64,000 nucleotides of DNA from Geopsychrobacteraceae bacterium (lineage in GTDB: Bacteria; Desulfobacterota; Desulfuromonadia; Desulfuromonadales; Geopsychrobacteraceae), in contig CAXXTB010000001.1 of NCBI GenBank assembly GCA_963676795.2, positions 1,280,001 to 1,344,000 of the forward strand. Reading direction: 5' to 3'. This document shows positions 38,315 through 49,912 of this stretch, one piece after another. The notes beneath the pieces were generated by a model. It was not told where the DNA came from. It worked only from the letters and a program-made list of their open reading frames with translations, and did not search any database. The first letter of the stretch is position 1. Every line of letters begins with the position of its first letter. Position numbers and translations under genes: made by a program.

Positions 38315-38713
38315 ATGTCTATGACTGATCCAATGGCGGATATGCTCACTCGCATCCGCAACGCCGGTATGGCGAAGCATGCGAAGCTCGATCTTCCGTC
38401 AAGCAACCTCAAAGTAGCTGTCGCTACCGTTCTCAAAGATCTTGGTTACCTGAAAAATCTCAAGGTTATCAGTGATAACAAACAAGGTGTTCTGCGTATT
38501 TATCTGAAATATGATGAAAACCAGACCCCTGTCATTCATGAGATCAAGCGTATTTCGACACCTGGTCGTCGTGTCTACGTCAGTAAAGACGAGATTCCAC
38601 GTATTAAAAACGGTCTCGGTGCGTCGATCCTTTCAACTTCGAAAGGTGTCCTTGATGATGCCGCAGCGCGTCAGGCTCAAGTCGGCGGCGAAGTTATTTG
38701 CACTGTCTGGTAG
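38315..38713 (+). CDS. rpsH: 30S ribosomal protein S8
   Basis: [19 protein letters not shown]. Confidence 0.98.
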   Translation: MSMTDPMADMLTRIRNAGMAKHAKLDLPSSNLKVAVATVLKDLGYLKNLKVISDNKQGVLRIYLKYDENQTPVIHEIKRISTPGRRVYVSKDEIPRIKNGLGASILSTSKGVLDDAAARQAQVGGEVICTVW

Positions 38714-38731
38714 TCGACAAGGAGTTCAGTC

Positions 38732-39268
38732 ATGTCACGTATCGGTAAATTGCCAATCGCAATTCCGGCTGGTGTCAAAATCAGCCTGAATGGAAATAAT
38801 ATTTCGGTCACCGGCCCTAAGGGCACCCTGGCTCAGGACTTTCATGAGCGCATCAGCGTTGCAGTTGAAGCTGAGCAGATTGTTGTGACCCGTCCTTCGG
38901 ATGAAAAACAGGATCGTGCTCTGCACGGCCTGGTTCGCGCTCTGATCAATAACATGGTTGTAGGTGTTACTGATGGTTTCAAGCGTGACCTGGAGATCAA
39001 CGGTGTCGGTTACCGTGCTGAAATCAGCGGCAAGATTTTGACCTTGTCCCTCGGTTTCTCTCACCCCGTCGTTTATGAACTTCCGGAGGGTATCTCCGTT
39101 GAGGTTGAGAAACAGACCAAGCTGTCGGTCTCGGGTATTGATAAACAATTAGTCGGATCTGCTGCAGCCAAGATTCGTTCCTTCCGCGAGCCAGAGCCTT
39201 ACAAGGGCAAGGGTATCAAGTATGCGGATGAGCGGATTGTCCGTAAGGCGGGTAAGGCTGGTAAGTAA
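38732..39268 (+). CDS. rplF: 50S ribosomal protein L6
   Basis: [21 protein letters not shown]. Confidence 0.98.
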   Translation: MSRIGKLPIAIPAGVKISLNGNNISVTGPKGTLAQDFHERISVAVEAEQIVVTRPSDEKQDRALHGLVRALINNMVVGVTDGFKRDLEINGVGYRAEISGKILTLSLGFSHPVVYELPEGISVEVEKQTKLSVSGIDKQLVGSAAAKIRSFREPEPYKGKGIKYADERIVRKAGKAGK

Positions 39269-39295
39269 GCGAATTGATTATTAAGGAGCATTGCT

Positions 39296-39658
39296 GTGAA
39301 CGTTTCTGAAAAAAGACGTGATGCCAGACTCAAGCGTCAGGCACGGGTTAGAAAAAAAATTCGCGGTACCAGTGAACGCCCTCGGCTGTCAGTCTTCCGT
39401 AGTGCAAAGCACATTTATGCACAGATTATTGAAGATACAACAGGGAAAACATTGGCATCTGCGTCAACTATGAGCAAGGATGTCGAGGCTGCCTTTGGCG
39501 GCAACGTTGATGCTGCTAAAGCCGTTGGTCAGGCTATCGCCAAGAAGGCTCTTGAGCAGAACATCACCAACGTTGTATTTGACCGTAACGGTTTTCTGTA
39601 TCAGGGACGCGTTCAGGCGCTTGCTGATGCAGCCCGTGAAGCCGGCTTGAAGCTGTAA
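39296..39658 (+). CDS. rplR: 50S ribosomal protein L18
   Basis: [27 protein letters not shown]. Confidence 0.98.
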   Translation: MNVSEKRRDARLKRQARVRKKIRGTSERPRLSVFRSAKHIYAQIIEDTTGKTLASASTMSKDVEAAFGGNVDAAKAVGQAIAKKALEQNITNVVFDRNGFLYQGRVQALADAAREAGLKL

Positions 39659-39668
39659 GGAGAGAGAA

Positions 39669-40160
39669 GTGCTGCGTATTGATCCCAATGAGCTCGAATT
39701 GACAGACAGGGTTATCCACATCAACCGTAATGCCAAGGTTGTTAAGGGTGGTCGTCGTTTCAGTTTCTCCGCTCTGGTCGTTGTCGGTGATGGAAACGGT
39801 CATGTTGGTTATGGCCTTGGTAAAGCCAAAGAGGTTCCTGAGGCAATCCGTAAGGGTGTTGAGCAGGCGAAGAAGAACCTGATCAGGGTTCCGATTCAGG
39901 AAGGTCGGACCATTCCTTACGACGTCATTGGCAAGTTCGGAGCCGGTAAGGTTCTGCTCAAGCCTGCGTCTGAAGGTACCGGCGTTATCGCCGGCGGTGC
40001 TGTCCGTCCAATCCTTGAATCTGTCGGTGTTGGTAATATCCTGACCAAGTGTCTCGGATCGAATAACCCACACAACGTCGTCAAGGCAACTATCAACGCA
40101 CTTAAAATGCTTAAGAGCCCTGAAGAAATCAACGCACGTCGTGGCGTTGGCCAGGACTAA
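39669..40160 (+). CDS. rpsE: 30S ribosomal protein S5
   Basis: [22 protein letters not shown]. Confidence 0.98.
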   Translation: MLRIDPNELELTDRVIHINRNAKVVKGGRRFSFSALVVVGDGNGHVGYGLGKAKEVPEAIRKGVEQAKKNLIRVPIQEGRTIPYDVIGKFGAGKVLLKPASEGTGVIAGGAVRPILESVGVGNILTKCLGSNNPHNVVKATINALKMLKSPEEINARRGVGQD

Positions 40161-40183
40161 GAAGAGCACAGGAGAACAGACTA

Positions 40184-40363
40184 ATGGCGACAGAAGTTAA
40201 GGTCACCTTGAAAAAGAGTCCAATCGGTCGCAAGGCATACTTTGGTAAGGTCCTCAAGGGCCTCGGCCTGAAGCGTTTGCATCAGACTGTAACTTTGCAG
40301 GATACCCCGGAGATCCGTGGCATGATCCGCAAAGTTGAACACATGGTTGCTGTCGAAGACTGA
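40184..40363 (+). CDS. rpmD: 50S ribosomal protein L30
   Basis: Translated by eye: MATEVKVTLKKSPIGRKAYFGKVLKGLGLKRLHQTVTLQDTPEIRGMIRKVEHMVAVED; synteny. Confidence 0.95.
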   Translation: MATEVKVTLKKSPIGRKAYFGKVLKGLGLKRLHQTVTLQDTPEIRGMIRKVEHMVAVED

Positions 40364-40384
40364 TCTAATCTAGAGGGTATTGAG

Positions 40385-40825
40385 ATGGATTTAAGTAATT
40401 TGAAACCGGCTGCCGGTTCAACAAAAAATAGAAAACGTATCGGTCGTGGACAGGGTTCCGGTACTGGTACTCAGGCTGGTAAGGGTCACAAGGGTCAGAA
40501 GGCTCGCAGTGGCGGTAGTATTAAGCCTGGTTTTGAAGGTGGCCAGATGCCACTTCAGCGTCGTTTGCCGAAGCGTGGCTTCACCCCGTTGAACAAGGTT
40601 GTCTACAGCTTGGTCAATGTTGGTGATCTGGACGCCTTTGACGCAGGTACTGTTGTCAATCTGGAAGTTTTCGGCAAGGCCGGACTGGTTTCCGATCTGA
40701 AGAATGGTATCAAGGTCCTCGCTGATGGTGAACTGACCAAGTCTCTGACTGTCCAGGCGCAAAAGTTCAGCAAGTCTGCTGTTGCTAAAATTGAAGCAGC
40801 TGGCGGTAAGGCAGAGGTTATCTAA
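40385..40825 (+). CDS. rplO: 50S ribosomal protein L15
   Basis: [29 protein letters not shown]. Confidence 0.98.
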   Translation: MDLSNLKPAAGSTKNRKRIGRGQGSGTGTQAGKGHKGQKARSGGSIKPGFEGGQMPLQRRLPKRGFTPLNKVVYSLVNVGDLDAFDAGTVVNLEVFGKAGLVSDLKNGIKVLADGELTKSLTVQAQKFSKSAVAKIEAAGGKAEVI

Positions 40826-40828
40826 CCT

Positions 40829-42136
40829 ATGTCGACACTGCAGAATATCCTGGCGATTCCGGAGCTGAGAAAGAGAATTCTTTTTACCCTGGTTATGCTG
40901 GCAGTCTACCGTGTCGGATGTCACGTGCCGACCCCCGGGATTGATGCACACGTTTTGGCCAAGTTTTTCGAGGGTACCGAAGGTACCCTTCTCGGCTTGG
41001 TGAGTGCATTCACCGGTGGGGCCATGCAGCAGATGGCGGTATTTGCCCTTGGCATTATGCCATACATCAGTGCTTCTATTATTCTGCAATTGTTAACTGT
41101 TGTCTTTGAGCCTATCGAAAAACTTTCGAAAGAGGGTGAGCATGGGCGTAAGAAGATTACCGAGTACACCCGTTATGGAACAATAATCCTGGCGATCATT
41201 CAGGGTGTCGGGATTGCCTCTGGTCTGCAGACCATGACCGGGCCAGCAGGTGAGCCGGTTGTTCCAGATCCGGGTCTCGGTTTTATTCTGATGACGGTTA
41301 TCACGCTGACTGCCGGTACTGCATTTATCATGTGGCTTGGTGAGCAGATTACCGAGCGCGGTATTGGTAACGGGATCTCGCTGATCATCTTCGCGGGTAT
41401 CGTTGCGGGTATGCCGTCAGCATTGCTGAACTCGATTCGTCTGGTTCAGACGGGAGCGATGACGGTAACCGTTGTTGCCTTTATCGTAGCCCTGATGCTG
41501 ATAGTTATTGCTGCGATCGTATTTATCGAGCGAGCTCAGCGGCGGGTGCCGATCCATTATGCAAAACGTGTTGTTGGTATGCGTAATATGGGTGGGCAGG
41601 CGAGTCATCTGCCGCTGAAGATCAATATGAGTGGTGTAATTCCACCGATCTTTGCCAGCTCGATTATGATGTTTCCTGCAACTATAGCGAACTTTGTCGA
41701 TGCCCCCTGGGTCAAGGTAGCTGCTGGTTACCTCTCTCCTGGGCATTGGGTCTATAACGTTTTTTATGTTGCTTTTATATTCTTCTTTTGTTACTTCTAC
41801 ACGGCTATAACTTTCAACCCTGTGAATGTAGCGGAGAATGTAAAAAATCAGGGTGGTTTTGTCCCTGGTATCCGCCCGGGTAAGGAAACTGCGACCTATC
41901 TGGATACAGTCCTCGGTCGTCTGACTTTTGCCGGTGCGATTTACATCTCAGTCGTCTGTATTCTGCCGACATTGTTGATTGGCCAGCTGAATGTACCGTT
42001 CTTCTTTGGTGGTACGTCTCTGCTGATTGTTGTTGGGGTTGGAATGGATACTGCTGCTCAGATTGAAGCCCATCTTGTCTCTCGCTCATATGAGGGCTTC
42101 ATGAAAGGCGTGACCCTGAAAGGGCGTCGCGGATAA
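40829..42136 (+). CDS. secY: Preprotein translocase subunit SecY
   Basis: ALGIMPYISASII, GIGNGISLIIF, PGIRPG, GGTSLLIVVGV. Confidence 0.99.
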   Translation: MSTLQNILAIPELRKRILFTLVMLAVYRVGCHVPTPGIDAHVLAKFFEGTEGTLLGLVSAFTGGAMQQMAVFALGIMPYISASIILQLLTVVFEPIEKLSKEGEHGRKKITEYTRYGTIILAIIQGVGIASGLQTMTGPAGEPVVPDPGLGFILMTVITLTAGTAFIMWLGEQITERGIGNGISLIIFAGIVAGMPSALLNSIRLVQTGAMTVTVVAFIVALMLIVIAAIVFIERAQRRVPIHYAKRVVGMRNMGGQASHLPLKINMSGVIPPIFASSIMMFPATIANFVDAPWVKVAAGYLSPGHWVYNVFYVAFIFFFCYFYTAITFNPVNVAENVKNQGGFVPGIRPGKETATYLDTVLGRLTFAGAIYISVVCILPTLLIGQLNVPFFFGGTSLLIVVGVGMDTAAQIEAHLVSRSYEGFMKGVTLKGRRG

Positions 42137-42141
42137 GTGAT

Positions 42142-42786
42142 ATGAAAATTATTCTTTTGGGTGCTCCTGGCGCTGGTAAGGGCACCCAATCTGCTATTCT
42201 GGTTGAAAAGTTCTCTATCCCGCAGATCTCAACTGGGGATATTTTACGTGCAGCGGTTAGAGACAAATCCCCTATGGGGATCAAGGCGAAAGAGTTTATG
42301 GATGCCGGAGCTCTGGTCCCTGATGAGGTTGTTGTCGGGATCGTTGAAGAGCGTCTGCAGCAGTCTGACTGTGATGGCGGCTTCATTCTGGATGGTTTTC
42401 CTAGGACTCTGCCGCAGGCGGACGCGTTGAAGAAGGTTCTCGCTCAGTTGGGCAAGGAGCTCGATGCTGTTGTGTCCCTGACAGTTGATACTGGTGCGTT
42501 GGTTGAGAGGCTTTCTGGTCGCCGTGCCTGTGCGAAGTGTGGCAAGGGTTATCATGTTGTCTATGACGCCCCAGCCAGTGAAGGGATTTGCGACGCATGT
42601 GGTGGTGCTCTCACGCAACGCGATGACGATAAGGAAGAAACGATTCTGAAGCGTCTGGATGTTTATCGTGAGCAGACTGCACCGCTGGAAGATTACTACC
42701 GTAAGGACGGTATCCTTACAGTTGTAAACGGAATGGCACCTATTGAGGATGTCCAGTCCCAGATTCTACAAGCACTGAAGGCTTAG
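42142..42786 (+). CDS. adk: Adenylate kinase (4-Cys Zn LID)
   Basis: GAPGAGKGTQ, LDGFPRT, CAKC..CDAC. Confidence 0.98.
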   Translation: MKIILLGAPGAGKGTQSAILVEKFSIPQISTGDILRAAVRDKSPMGIKAKEFMDAGALVPDEVVVGIVEERLQQSDCDGGFILDGFPRTLPQADALKKVLAQLGKELDAVVSLTVDTGALVERLSGRRACAKCGKGYHVVYDAPASEGICDACGGALTQRDDDKEETILKRLDVYREQTAPLEDYYRKDGILTVVNGMAPIEDVQSQILQALKA

Positions 42787-42788
42787 TT

Positions 42789-43535
42789 TTGATCGTCATA
42801 AAGTCACAGTCCGAGTTGCGCAAGATGCGCGTTGCTGGCCGCATGGTTGCTGAGGTTCTTCAGCTCCTGCAGTCTAAAGTGACGCCTGGGATTACGACTC
42901 TAGAGCTTGACGCGATCGCGGAAAATCAGTGCAAAAAGATGAAGGTTAAGCCTGCCTTTAAAGGTTATGGCGGCTTTCCTTTTACAATATGTGCATCGCC
43001 CAATGACCGGATTGTTCATGGTTTCCCAAATGACCAACCGTTGGCAGAGGGTGATATCGTCAGTATCGATTTCGGTCTGATTGCAGAAGGGTTTTATGGT
43101 GATTCTGCTGTAACTATCCCGGTTGGTCAGATTGATGCACAGACACAAAAGCTTTTAGATGTCACCAGGGATTCGTTGTATCGTGGTATAGATGCAGCGC
43201 TGGCAGGTGGCTATTTGTCTGATATCTCGCATGCCGTGCAGTCTCGTGTCGAAGCAGAAGGCTTTAGCGTTGTGCGTGAGTTTGTCGGACATGGTATCGG
43301 ACGGCAGATGCACGAAGATCCCCAGGTTCCGAATTACGGTACGCCTGGGCGCGGTCCGAAGTTAAAACCCGGCATGACCTTGGCGATTGAGCCAATGGTC
43401 AATGTTGGCTTGTCCGGTGTCCGGGTATTGGAAGATGGTTGGACAGCTGTTACCGTTGATGGTCAACGGTCGGCTCATTTTGAGCATACGGTAGCTGTTA
43501 CGGAAAACGGTCCGGAAATCCTGACCTGTTTATAG
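42789..43535 (+). CDS. map: Methionine aminopeptidase type I
   Basis: VHGFP, GHGIG..HEDP, AIEPM, SAHFEHT; TTG start. Confidence 0.97.
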   Translation: MIVIKSQSELRKMRVAGRMVAEVLQLLQSKVTPGITTLELDAIAENQCKKMKVKPAFKGYGGFPFTICASPNDRIVHGFPNDQPLAEGDIVSIDFGLIAEGFYGDSAVTIPVGQIDAQTQKLLDVTRDSLYRGIDAALAGGYLSDISHAVQSRVEAEGFSVVREFVGHGIGRQMHEDPQVPNYGTPGRGPKLKPGMTLAIEPMVNVGLSGVRVLEDGWTAVTVDGQRSAHFEHTVAVTENGPEILTCL

Positions 43536-43575
43536 AGTTGGCAGTCATTAAGCATCATTGGAAAAGGATCTCAGT

Positions 43576-43689
43576 ATGAAGGTTAGAGCTTCGGTTAAGA
43601 AGATCTGCGATAAGTGCAAGGTTATCAAGCGTAAAGGTGTTATCCGGATCATCTGCGAGAATCCCAAACACAAGCAAAGACAGGGATAA
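43576..43689 (+). CDS. rpmJ: 50S ribosomal protein L36 (Zn-ribbon type)
   Basis: Translated by eye: [37 protein letters not shown]. Confidence 0.97.
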   Translation: MKVRASVKKICDKCKVIKRKGVIRIICENPKHKQRQG

Positions 43690-43706
43690 GGCCCTAGGAG
43701 GAAACA

Positions 43707-44075
43707 TTGGCACGTATTGCTGGAGTCGATTTGCCGCGCAATAAGCGCATTGAAGTAGCCATGACCTATGTCTATGGGATTGGTCGTACTACATCTCAAC
43801 AAATTCTTACAGAGGCTGGTGTTGATTTCAACACCCGTACTGACGATCTGACAGAGTCGGATCTTGCGACAATTCGTGAGTTGGTCGACAAGAACTGTCG
43901 TGTTGAGGGTGACCTCCGTCGTGAGATCTCGATGAACATCAAGCGTCTGATGGACCTTGGTTGCTACCGTGGTCTGCGCCACAGAAAAGGTTTGCCTTGT
44001 CGCGGTCAGAATACCAAGAATAACTCTCGGACTCGCAAGGGACCGAAGAAGACCGTAGCCGGTAAGAAGAAATAA
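43707..44075 (+). CDS. rpsM: 30S ribosomal protein S13
   Basis: [26 protein letters not shown] start. Confidence 0.98.
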   Translation: MARIAGVDLPRNKRIEVAMTYVYGIGRTTSQQILTEAGVDFNTRTDDLTESDLATIRELVDKNCRVEGDLRREISMNIKRLMDLGCYRGLRHRKGLPCRGQNTKNNSRTRKGPKKTVAGKKK

Positions 44076-44086
44076 GCGGAGTTATC

Positions 44087-44482
44087 ATGGCAAAGTCAGG
44101 TAAGAGAGTCGTACGTAAAAAAGTCGAGAAGAAAAACATTGCTAAAGGTGTGGTTCATATCCAGTCCACCTTTAACAACACCATCGTCACGATTTGTGAC
44201 CCAGTTGGCAATGTTGTTTCTTGGTCATCAGCCGGCGCAAAAGGTTTTAAAGGTTCTCGTAAGAGTACTCCATTTGCCGCACAGATTGCTGCTGAAGAAG
44301 CAGCAACCAAGGCAATGGAGCACGGTATGAGATCTGTAGAGGCATATGTTAAGGGCCCAGGCAGCGGTCGTGAATCTGCTTTGCGTGCACTGTCACTGGC
44401 TGGCATGACTGTGACAATGATCAAGGACGTTACCCCGGTTCCACATAACGGTTGCCGTCCGCCGAAGCGCCGTCGCGTTTAA
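44087..44482 (+). CDS. rpsK: 30S ribosomal protein S11
   Basis: [27 protein letters not shown]. Confidence 0.98.
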   Translation: MAKSGKRVVRKKVEKKNIAKGVVHIQSTFNNTIVTICDPVGNVVSWSSAGAKGFKGSRKSTPFAAQIAAEEAATKAMEHGMRSVEAYVKGPGSGRESALRALSLAGMTVTMIKDVTPVPHNGCRPPKRRRV

Positions 44483-44500
44483 GCATCGAGGAGGATTAAG

Positions 44501-45130
44501 TTGTCTAGGTACTCAGGTCCAGTCTGCCGTTTGTGCAGAAGAGAAAATGCTAAGCTGTTCCTTAAAGGGGACAGATGTTATACAGACAAATGTGCTCTTG
44601 AGCGTCGTAACTACGCTCCTGGTCAGCACGGTCAAAGACGTGGCAAGGTTTCCGATTACGGTACCCAGCTGCGTGAGAAGCAAAAGGTTAAACGTACTTA
44701 CGGTCTGCAGGAAAAGCAGTTCCGCCTTTACTTCAAAAAGGCTGACCGTATGAAGGGTGTAACGGGTGAAAATCTGCTCGTACTGCTCGAGAGACGTTTG
44801 GATAGCATCATCTACCGTCTTGGATTCGCTGATTCCCGTGCTCAAGCCAGAACTCTGGTTCGTCACGGCCACTTCCAGGTCAATGGTCAGAAGGTCAACG
44901 TTCCTTCTTTCCTGGTCCGCGCTAATGACGTTGTCACTCTGCGTGAAAAGAGCCGTGAAGTTGCATGTATCAACGAGTCTCTTGACAGTGTTATGCGTCG
45001 CGGTGTTCCTTCCTGGCTTGAGCTTGAGCGCGATGCCTTCAAGGGTACTGTCAAGGCAATGCCGGTACGTAGTGAGTTGACAACACCTGAATTCCAGGAA
45101 CAACTGATTGTCGAACTCTACTCCAAGTAA
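44501..45130 (+). CDS. rpsD: 30S ribosomal protein S4
   Basis: CRLCRRE, QLREKQK, LERRLD, IVELYSK; TTG start. Confidence 0.98.
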   Translation: MSRYSGPVCRLCRRENAKLFLKGDRCYTDKCALERRNYAPGQHGQRRGKVSDYGTQLREKQKVKRTYGLQEKQFRLYFKKADRMKGVTGENLLVLLERRLDSIIYRLGFADSRAQARTLVRHGHFQVNGQKVNVPSFLVRANDVVTLREKSREVACINESLDSVMRRGVPSWLELERDAFKGTVKAMPVRSELTTPEFQEQLIVELYSK

Positions 45131-45168
45131 TTAACCTCGGAAGCGACTCTTAAGAGGGAGACCCGAAT

Positions 45169-46179
45169 ATGTACAAAAACTGGAGAGAACTGATCAAACC
45201 AAAGCGTCTGGAAGCCGCAGAGCTGACCGATACCTACGGTAAGTTCGTTGCTGAGCCTTTCGAACGCGGGTTTGGCACGACTCTGGGTAACTCTTTGCGC
45301 CGCATCCTGCTTTCTTCTCTGCAGGGTGCCGCTATTACATCGGTCCGGATTAAGAACGTACAGCACGAGTTTTCGACAATCGTCGGCGTCACTGAAGACG
45401 TCACCGATATTATCTTGAACCTGAAAGGGGTCAAGGTGCGTCTGCATGGCCATGATGCGCGCAATATCCGTATCGTTCAAAAGGGTGCGGGTGTTGTCAA
45501 GGCCGGTGACATCATCACTGACAGCAATGTCGAGATCCTTAATCCGGATCATCCGATTGCGAGCTGTGGTGCAGAAACCGATCTTGAAATCGATATGACC
45601 GTTGCCATGGGCAAGGGTTATGTGGCTGCCGACAAAAATCGAGACGAGAATGCACCTGTTGGTACAATTCCGATCGACTCGATCTTTTCGCCGATTTCCA
45701 AGGTCAACTTCAACGTCTCCAATGCGCGTGTCGGTCAGATTACTGACTACGACAAGCTGACGCTTGAGGTCTATACCGATGGAAGCGTCCGGCCGGAAGA
45801 TGCCGTTGCTTTTGCCTCCAAGATTTTGAAGGAGCAGCTGCAGATCTTCATCAACTTTGATGAAGATGAGGAGCCGGTTGAAGTTGAAGAGCCAAGTGAG
45901 AAGACTCGTATCAACGAAAACCTGTACCGTTCAGTTGAGGAACTTGAGCTGTCTGTCAGAAGTGCGAACTGTCTGAAGAACGCACAGATCAACCTGATTG
46001 GTGAGCTGGTTCAGAGATCCGAAGCAGAAATGTTGAAAACCCAGAATTTCGGTCGTAAGTCTCTGAATGAGATCAAGGATATCCTGGCTGAAATGGGTTT
46101 GAGCCTGGGAATGAAGCTTGAAACCTTTCCAGACCCAGACTATATGAAGTTGATGCAAAAAGGTCATGAAGAAGAATAG
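45169..46179 (+). CDS. rpoA: RNA polymerase alpha subunit
   Basis: [38 protein letters not shown]. Confidence 0.99.
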   Translation: MYKNWRELIKPKRLEAAELTDTYGKFVAEPFERGFGTTLGNSLRRILLSSLQGAAITSVRIKNVQHEFSTIVGVTEDVTDIILNLKGVKVRLHGHDARNIRIVQKGAGVVKAGDIITDSNVEILNPDHPIASCGAETDLEIDMTVAMGKGYVAADKNRDENAPVGTIPIDSIFSPISKVNFNVSNARVGQITDYDKLTLEVYTDGSVRPEDAVAFASKILKEQLQIFINFDEDEEPVEVEEPSEKTRINENLYRSVEELELSVRSANCLKNAQINLIGELVQRSEAEMLKTQNFGRKSLNEIKDILAEMGLSLGMKLETFPDPDYMKLMQKGHEEE

Positions 46180-46213
46180 TCCGCTTGGTTCGGAATAAAG
46201 AAAGGATATACAG

Positions 46214-46651
46214 ATGCGTCATAATAAATCAGGGAGACGTCTAGGGCGTAAGCCAGACCATCGTCAGCATATGATGGACAATATGGTGACGTCATTCTTG
46301 AACAGTGAGAAAATTACTACTACTGTAACCCGCGCAAAGGAACTTCGTAAGGTTGCTGAGCGTATGATTACTCTTGGCAAGCGTGGTGATCTTCATGCTC
46401 GTCGTACTGCTCTGAAGACTGTACGTGATCAGAAGGTTGTTGCCAAACTGTTCGATACCATTGCTCCGCGTTACTCTGAGCGTCCTGGTGGTTATACCAG
46501 AATTATCCGCCTGGCAAATCGTCAGGGCGACAATGCCCCGATGGCGATTATTGAGCTGGTTGAAGAAGGCTATGTCGCTAAGAAGACTGTACCTTCTCAG
46601 GCTGCTGATACTGCTCCAGTCGTTGAGGCTCAGCAGGCAGCTGCAGAGTAA
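46214..46651 (+). CDS. rplQ: 50S ribosomal protein L17
   Basis: [23 protein letters not shown]. Confidence 0.98.
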   Translation: MRHNKSGRRLGRKPDHRQHMMDNMVTSFLNSEKITTTVTRAKELRKVAERMITLGKRGDLHARRTALKTVRDQKVVAKLFDTIAPRYSERPGGYTRIIRLANRQGDNAPMAIIELVEEGYVAKKTVPSQAADTAPVVEAQQAAAE

Positions 46652-46692
46652 GATAAAGAGTCTGCCTGGTTTAGGTTGACAACAAAGTAGTT

Positions 46693-46724
46693 AAAAGGGC
46701 AAAGATTCTTCTTTGCCCTTTTTT
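46693..46724 (+). terminator. Terminator of the alpha operon
   Basis: AAAAGGGCAAAGA-ttct-TCTTTGCCCTTTTTT. Confidence 0.85.
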
Positions 46725-46791
46725 ATTGTTCAAATCTTCAATAAGATCTGTGCCGGTCGGGTTACAAGCTTTTCGGTGTAAGGGGTTGGTT

Positions 46792-48150
46792 ATGCATGAT
46801 GAAAAGATGCAATTGCTGCAAACAACTGTGAGTAAGTTGCTGCGCCGCGGAGCAACACCTAATCTCAGAAAAGCGTTGGGCAAGATCCACCCGGCTGATA
46901 TCGCCCATCTGTTTCGCTATTTCTCACTTGAAGAGCAGAAGACCCTGCTTTGCCTTATTGCCAATACGGCCAGGGCTGCCGATGTGCTGGTCGAACTGGA
47001 TACTGACAGCTGGGCACAGTTGGCTGTTCTGCTCGATAAAAACTATCTTGTTTCTCTTGTTCATGAGATGGCTGATGATGACAGTGCACTGTTTATCCGC
47101 AGTCTGCCGGATGAATTGGCTGAGGAAATTCTCTGCCAACTCAAGGATGACCATTCGGAAGATGTGGAGCGGCTGCTCGGTTATGATGAAGATACTGCTG
47201 GCGGCATCATGTCGACCGAGGTGTTTTCGCTCGATCAGGATCTGACTGTCAGGGAGGCTATCACGGCACTGCAGGACTCTGAAGATTACGAGATGGTCTT
47301 CTATGTCTACGTCACGGATGAGCATAATCATCTTGTGGGTGTTCTTTCCTTGCGTCAGCTGCTGACTGTCCCGCCTTCTACTCGGTTGTGCGATATCATG
47401 TCGACCAATGTGTTGCGTGTTCGGACCGATATGGATCAGGAAGAGGTTGCCGAGCTGGTTGCCAAATACAATATCCTGGCAATTCCGGTCGTTGAAGATC
47501 ACGGTAAATTGATGGGGTTGATTACGGTTGACGATGTCATCGACGTTATGCGTGATGAGGCTACGGAAGATATTTTACGCATGGCCGGTACCAGTGAGGA
47601 GGAACTGCTGCTTGGTAACAAGGCTTTCAAGATAGCCCGTCTGCGTTTGCCCTGGTTGTTGGCGACCCTTGTCGGTGGGGTTGTTACCGGAACCCTGATG
47701 TGGTTCTTCAAGGCAACGCTCGAGCATGCCATCATGTTGATATCCTTTATCCCGGTCATTACCGGGATGGGGGGGAATGTCGGGGGGCAGACCTCGACGA
47801 TCATCGTCCGCGGCTTTGCCACGGGGCGGATCGATTTTGCCATGCTCAGGCAGGTCTTTCTGAAGGAATTGCGTGTCGGCCTGGTGATGGGGGTAACCTG
47901 TGGAGTGGTTATCGCTGCCGTCGCAATGGTCTGGCACCAGAATCTCTATCTTGGGCTGGTTGTTGGTCTGGCGATGGTGGCGGCAATTACGGTTGCTGCG
48001 AGCATGGGTGTGCTGGTCACCGCCTTTTTCAAGAAGATCGGTATCGATCCGGCCATCGCCTCCAGCCCTTTCGTTCAGACCGTCAATGATATCACCGGTA
48101 TTCTGATCTACTTTGGCACGGCTACCGCTTTTCTCAACTATCTGGTTTAA
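46792..48150 (+). CDS. mgtE: Magnesium transporter MgtE
   Basis: HPADIA N-domain, tandem CBS (TAGGIM, DQEEVA, GLITVDD), RLPWL, GGNVG, DPAIAS.PF..TVND. Confidence 0.95.
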   Translation: MHDEKMQLLQTTVSKLLRRGATPNLRKALGKIHPADIAHLFRYFSLEEQKTLLCLIANTARAADVLVELDTDSWAQLAVLLDKNYLVSLVHEMADDDSALFIRSLPDELAEEILCQLKDDHSEDVERLLGYDEDTAGGIMSTEVFSLDQDLTVREAITALQDSEDYEMVFYVYVTDEHNHLVGVLSLRQLLTVPPSTRLCDIMSTNVLRVRTDMDQEEVAELVAKYNILAIPVVEDHGKLMGLITVDDVIDVMRDEATEDILRMAGTSEEELLLGNKAFKIARLRLPWLLATLVGGVVTGTLMWFFKATLEHAIMLISFIPVITGMGGNVGGQTSTIIVRGFATGRIDFAMLRQVFLKELRVGLVMGVTCGVVIAAVAMVWHQNLYLGLVVGLAMVAAITVAASMGVLVTAFFKKIGIDPAIASSPFVQTVNDITGILIYFGTATAFLNYLV

Positions 48151-48165
48151 AGGGCTGTCGGCGCG

Positions 48166-48912
48166 ATGGCAAGTGAGCAGCAGTGCGAGGCTATCGTACT
48201 CAGGCATATGGCGTACGGTGAAGCAGATCTGATTGTCAGCCTGTTTTCCCGTCAGCATGGGCTGTTGAAATGTTTTGCCCGTTCGGCAAAGAAAAGTCAG
48301 AAGCGCTTTTCCTCCTCCTTGCAGCCCTTCGCTCAATCGGTTTTTCAATATCGCCCCGGGCGCGGAAGCTTGCTGGCTCTTGTGGATGCAGACCTGATTG
48401 CGGCGCGATCCGGCTTGCATACCAATCTCAAGACACTCGCTTGTGCCAGTTACGGTGTCGAGCTGATCGAGTTGCTGCTGGTCGAAGGCGATGCCCAGGA
48501 GGAAGTGTTCCTGCTGCTGGAAGCGTTTCTCGATTTTCTCGCTGCTGATGGGGAATCAGAGGTCGCGAGGGTTCTTTTAGAACTGCGTTTGATTGACCTG
48601 CTCGGCTACCTGCCACACCTGTTGCATTGCAGTCTCTGTGATCAGATTCTGACTCATGAGCTGGTCCGTTTTGACAGTTTGCGTGGTGGCAGTCTCTGCT
48701 CGTCCTGCTCAGGGAGTACTGGGCTTGAGCTGGGGCTGGGCACGCTCGGTTCCCTGTCCCGAATCCTGAGAGTGCCGTTTTCACAGTTCAGTGGTTTCCG
48801 CTTTGGCGAACAAACCTTGAACGAGGGCAGAGCACTCTTGTCTCAGGTTTTGCTTCAGCATCTGCCCCGAGAACCGAAATCTGTCAAATTTATGCAGCAA
48901 ATAGGGGTTTGA
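48166..48912 (+). CDS. recO: DNA repair protein RecO
   Basis: AIVLR..YGEADLIV OB-fold start, CSLC..CSSC Zn finger; recO-glyQS synteny. Confidence 0.93.
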   Translation: MASEQQCEAIVLRHMAYGEADLIVSLFSRQHGLLKCFARSAKKSQKRFSSSLQPFAQSVFQYRPGRGSLLALVDADLIAARSGLHTNLKTLACASYGVELIELLLVEGDAQEEVFLLLEAFLDFLAADGESEVARVLLELRLIDLLGYLPHLLHCSLCDQILTHELVRFDSLRGGSLCSSCSGSTGLELGLGTLGSLSRILRVPFSQFSGFRFGEQTLNEGRALLSQVLLQHLPREPKSVKFMQQIGV

Positions 48913-48918
48913 CATTGC

Positions 48919-48947
48919 TTGACATCATCAATAGCTGCGGCTAAACT
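48919..48947 (+). promoter_or_regulatory. Putative sigma70 promoter of glyQS-ppdK
   Basis: TTGACA-N17-TAAACT. Confidence 0.6.
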
Positions 48948-49002
48948 CGCAACTCTTAAAAAATCGATTGACCCTGTTTGTAGAGAGCTTTCTGGAGGAC
49001 CT

Positions 49003-49872
49003 GTGACTTTTCAGAACCTGATTTTATCGTTGCAAAATTACTGGGCACAACAGGGCTGTATTATTCAGCAGCCTTACGATATCGAAAAAGGCGCCGGAAC
49101 TTTCAATCCTGCCACCTTTCTGCGTGCCCTGGGACCGGAACCCTGGAAGGTTGCTTATGTCGAGCCGTCACGTCGTCCGACCGATGGCCGCTATGGTGAG
49201 AATCCAAACAGGCTTCAGCACTATTACCAGTTTCAGGTGATTCTCAAGCCTTCTCCTGAAAACATTCAGGAACTTTATCTGAACTCCCTGCGGAGCTTTG
49301 GTATCGATCCCCAGGCTCACGATATTCGCTTTGTCGAGGATGACTGGGAATCGCCAACTCTTGGCGCCTGGGGGTTGGGCTGGGAGGTTTGGCTTGACGG
49401 GATGGAAATCACCCAGTTTACCTACTTTCAGCAGTGTGGCGGGATTGACCTGAAGCCGATTCCGGGTGAGATCACCTACGGAGTCGAACGGATTGCCATG
49501 TATCTTCAGGGGGTCGATAATGTCTACGACCTGGAATGGACCGACGGTGTCAAGTACGGCGATGTCCATCATCAGACTGAGGTCGAATTCTCCCATTACA
49601 ACTTTGAAGAAGCTGATACGGCGATGCTCTTTCAGCTCTTTGACATGTACGAGAAGGAATGTATTCGTCTCGTTGAGAAAGAACTGGTTTTCCCTGCCTA
49701 CGATTTTGTTCTGAAATGTTCACACGCGTTCAACCTGCTGGATGCCCGCAGTGCGATTTCAGTTACAGAGCGGGCCAGTTACATAGGACGCGTCCGCAAC
49801 ATGTCCAAGCTCTGTGCTGCAGGATATGTAGCTCAGCGTGAGAGACTGGGTTACCCCCTGTTGAAAAAATAA
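49003..49872 (+). CDS. glyQ: Glycine--tRNA ligase alpha subunit
   Basis: [44 protein letters not shown] start after GGAGG. Confidence 0.98.
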   Translation: MTFQNLILSLQNYWAQQGCIIQQPYDIEKGAGTFNPATFLRALGPEPWKVAYVEPSRRPTDGRYGENPNRLQHYYQFQVILKPSPENIQELYLNSLRSFGIDPQAHDIRFVEDDWESPTLGAWGLGWEVWLDGMEITQFTYFQQCGGIDLKPIPGEITYGVERIAMYLQGVDNVYDLEWTDGVKYGDVHHQTEVEFSHYNFEEADTAMLFQLFDMYEKECIRLVEKELVFPAYDFVLKCSHAFNLLDARSAISVTERASYIGRVRNMSKLCAAGYVAQRERLGYPLLKK

Positions 49873-49912
49873 TCGATCGTAATGCCTGGTTGGTGACTGA
49901 TTGGAGTTATAG

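Noticed and set aside
43536..43575. Absence of infA between map and rpmJ
   Set aside because: The gap is only 40 bp with no remnant. infA located elsewhere is common and not evidence of loss.
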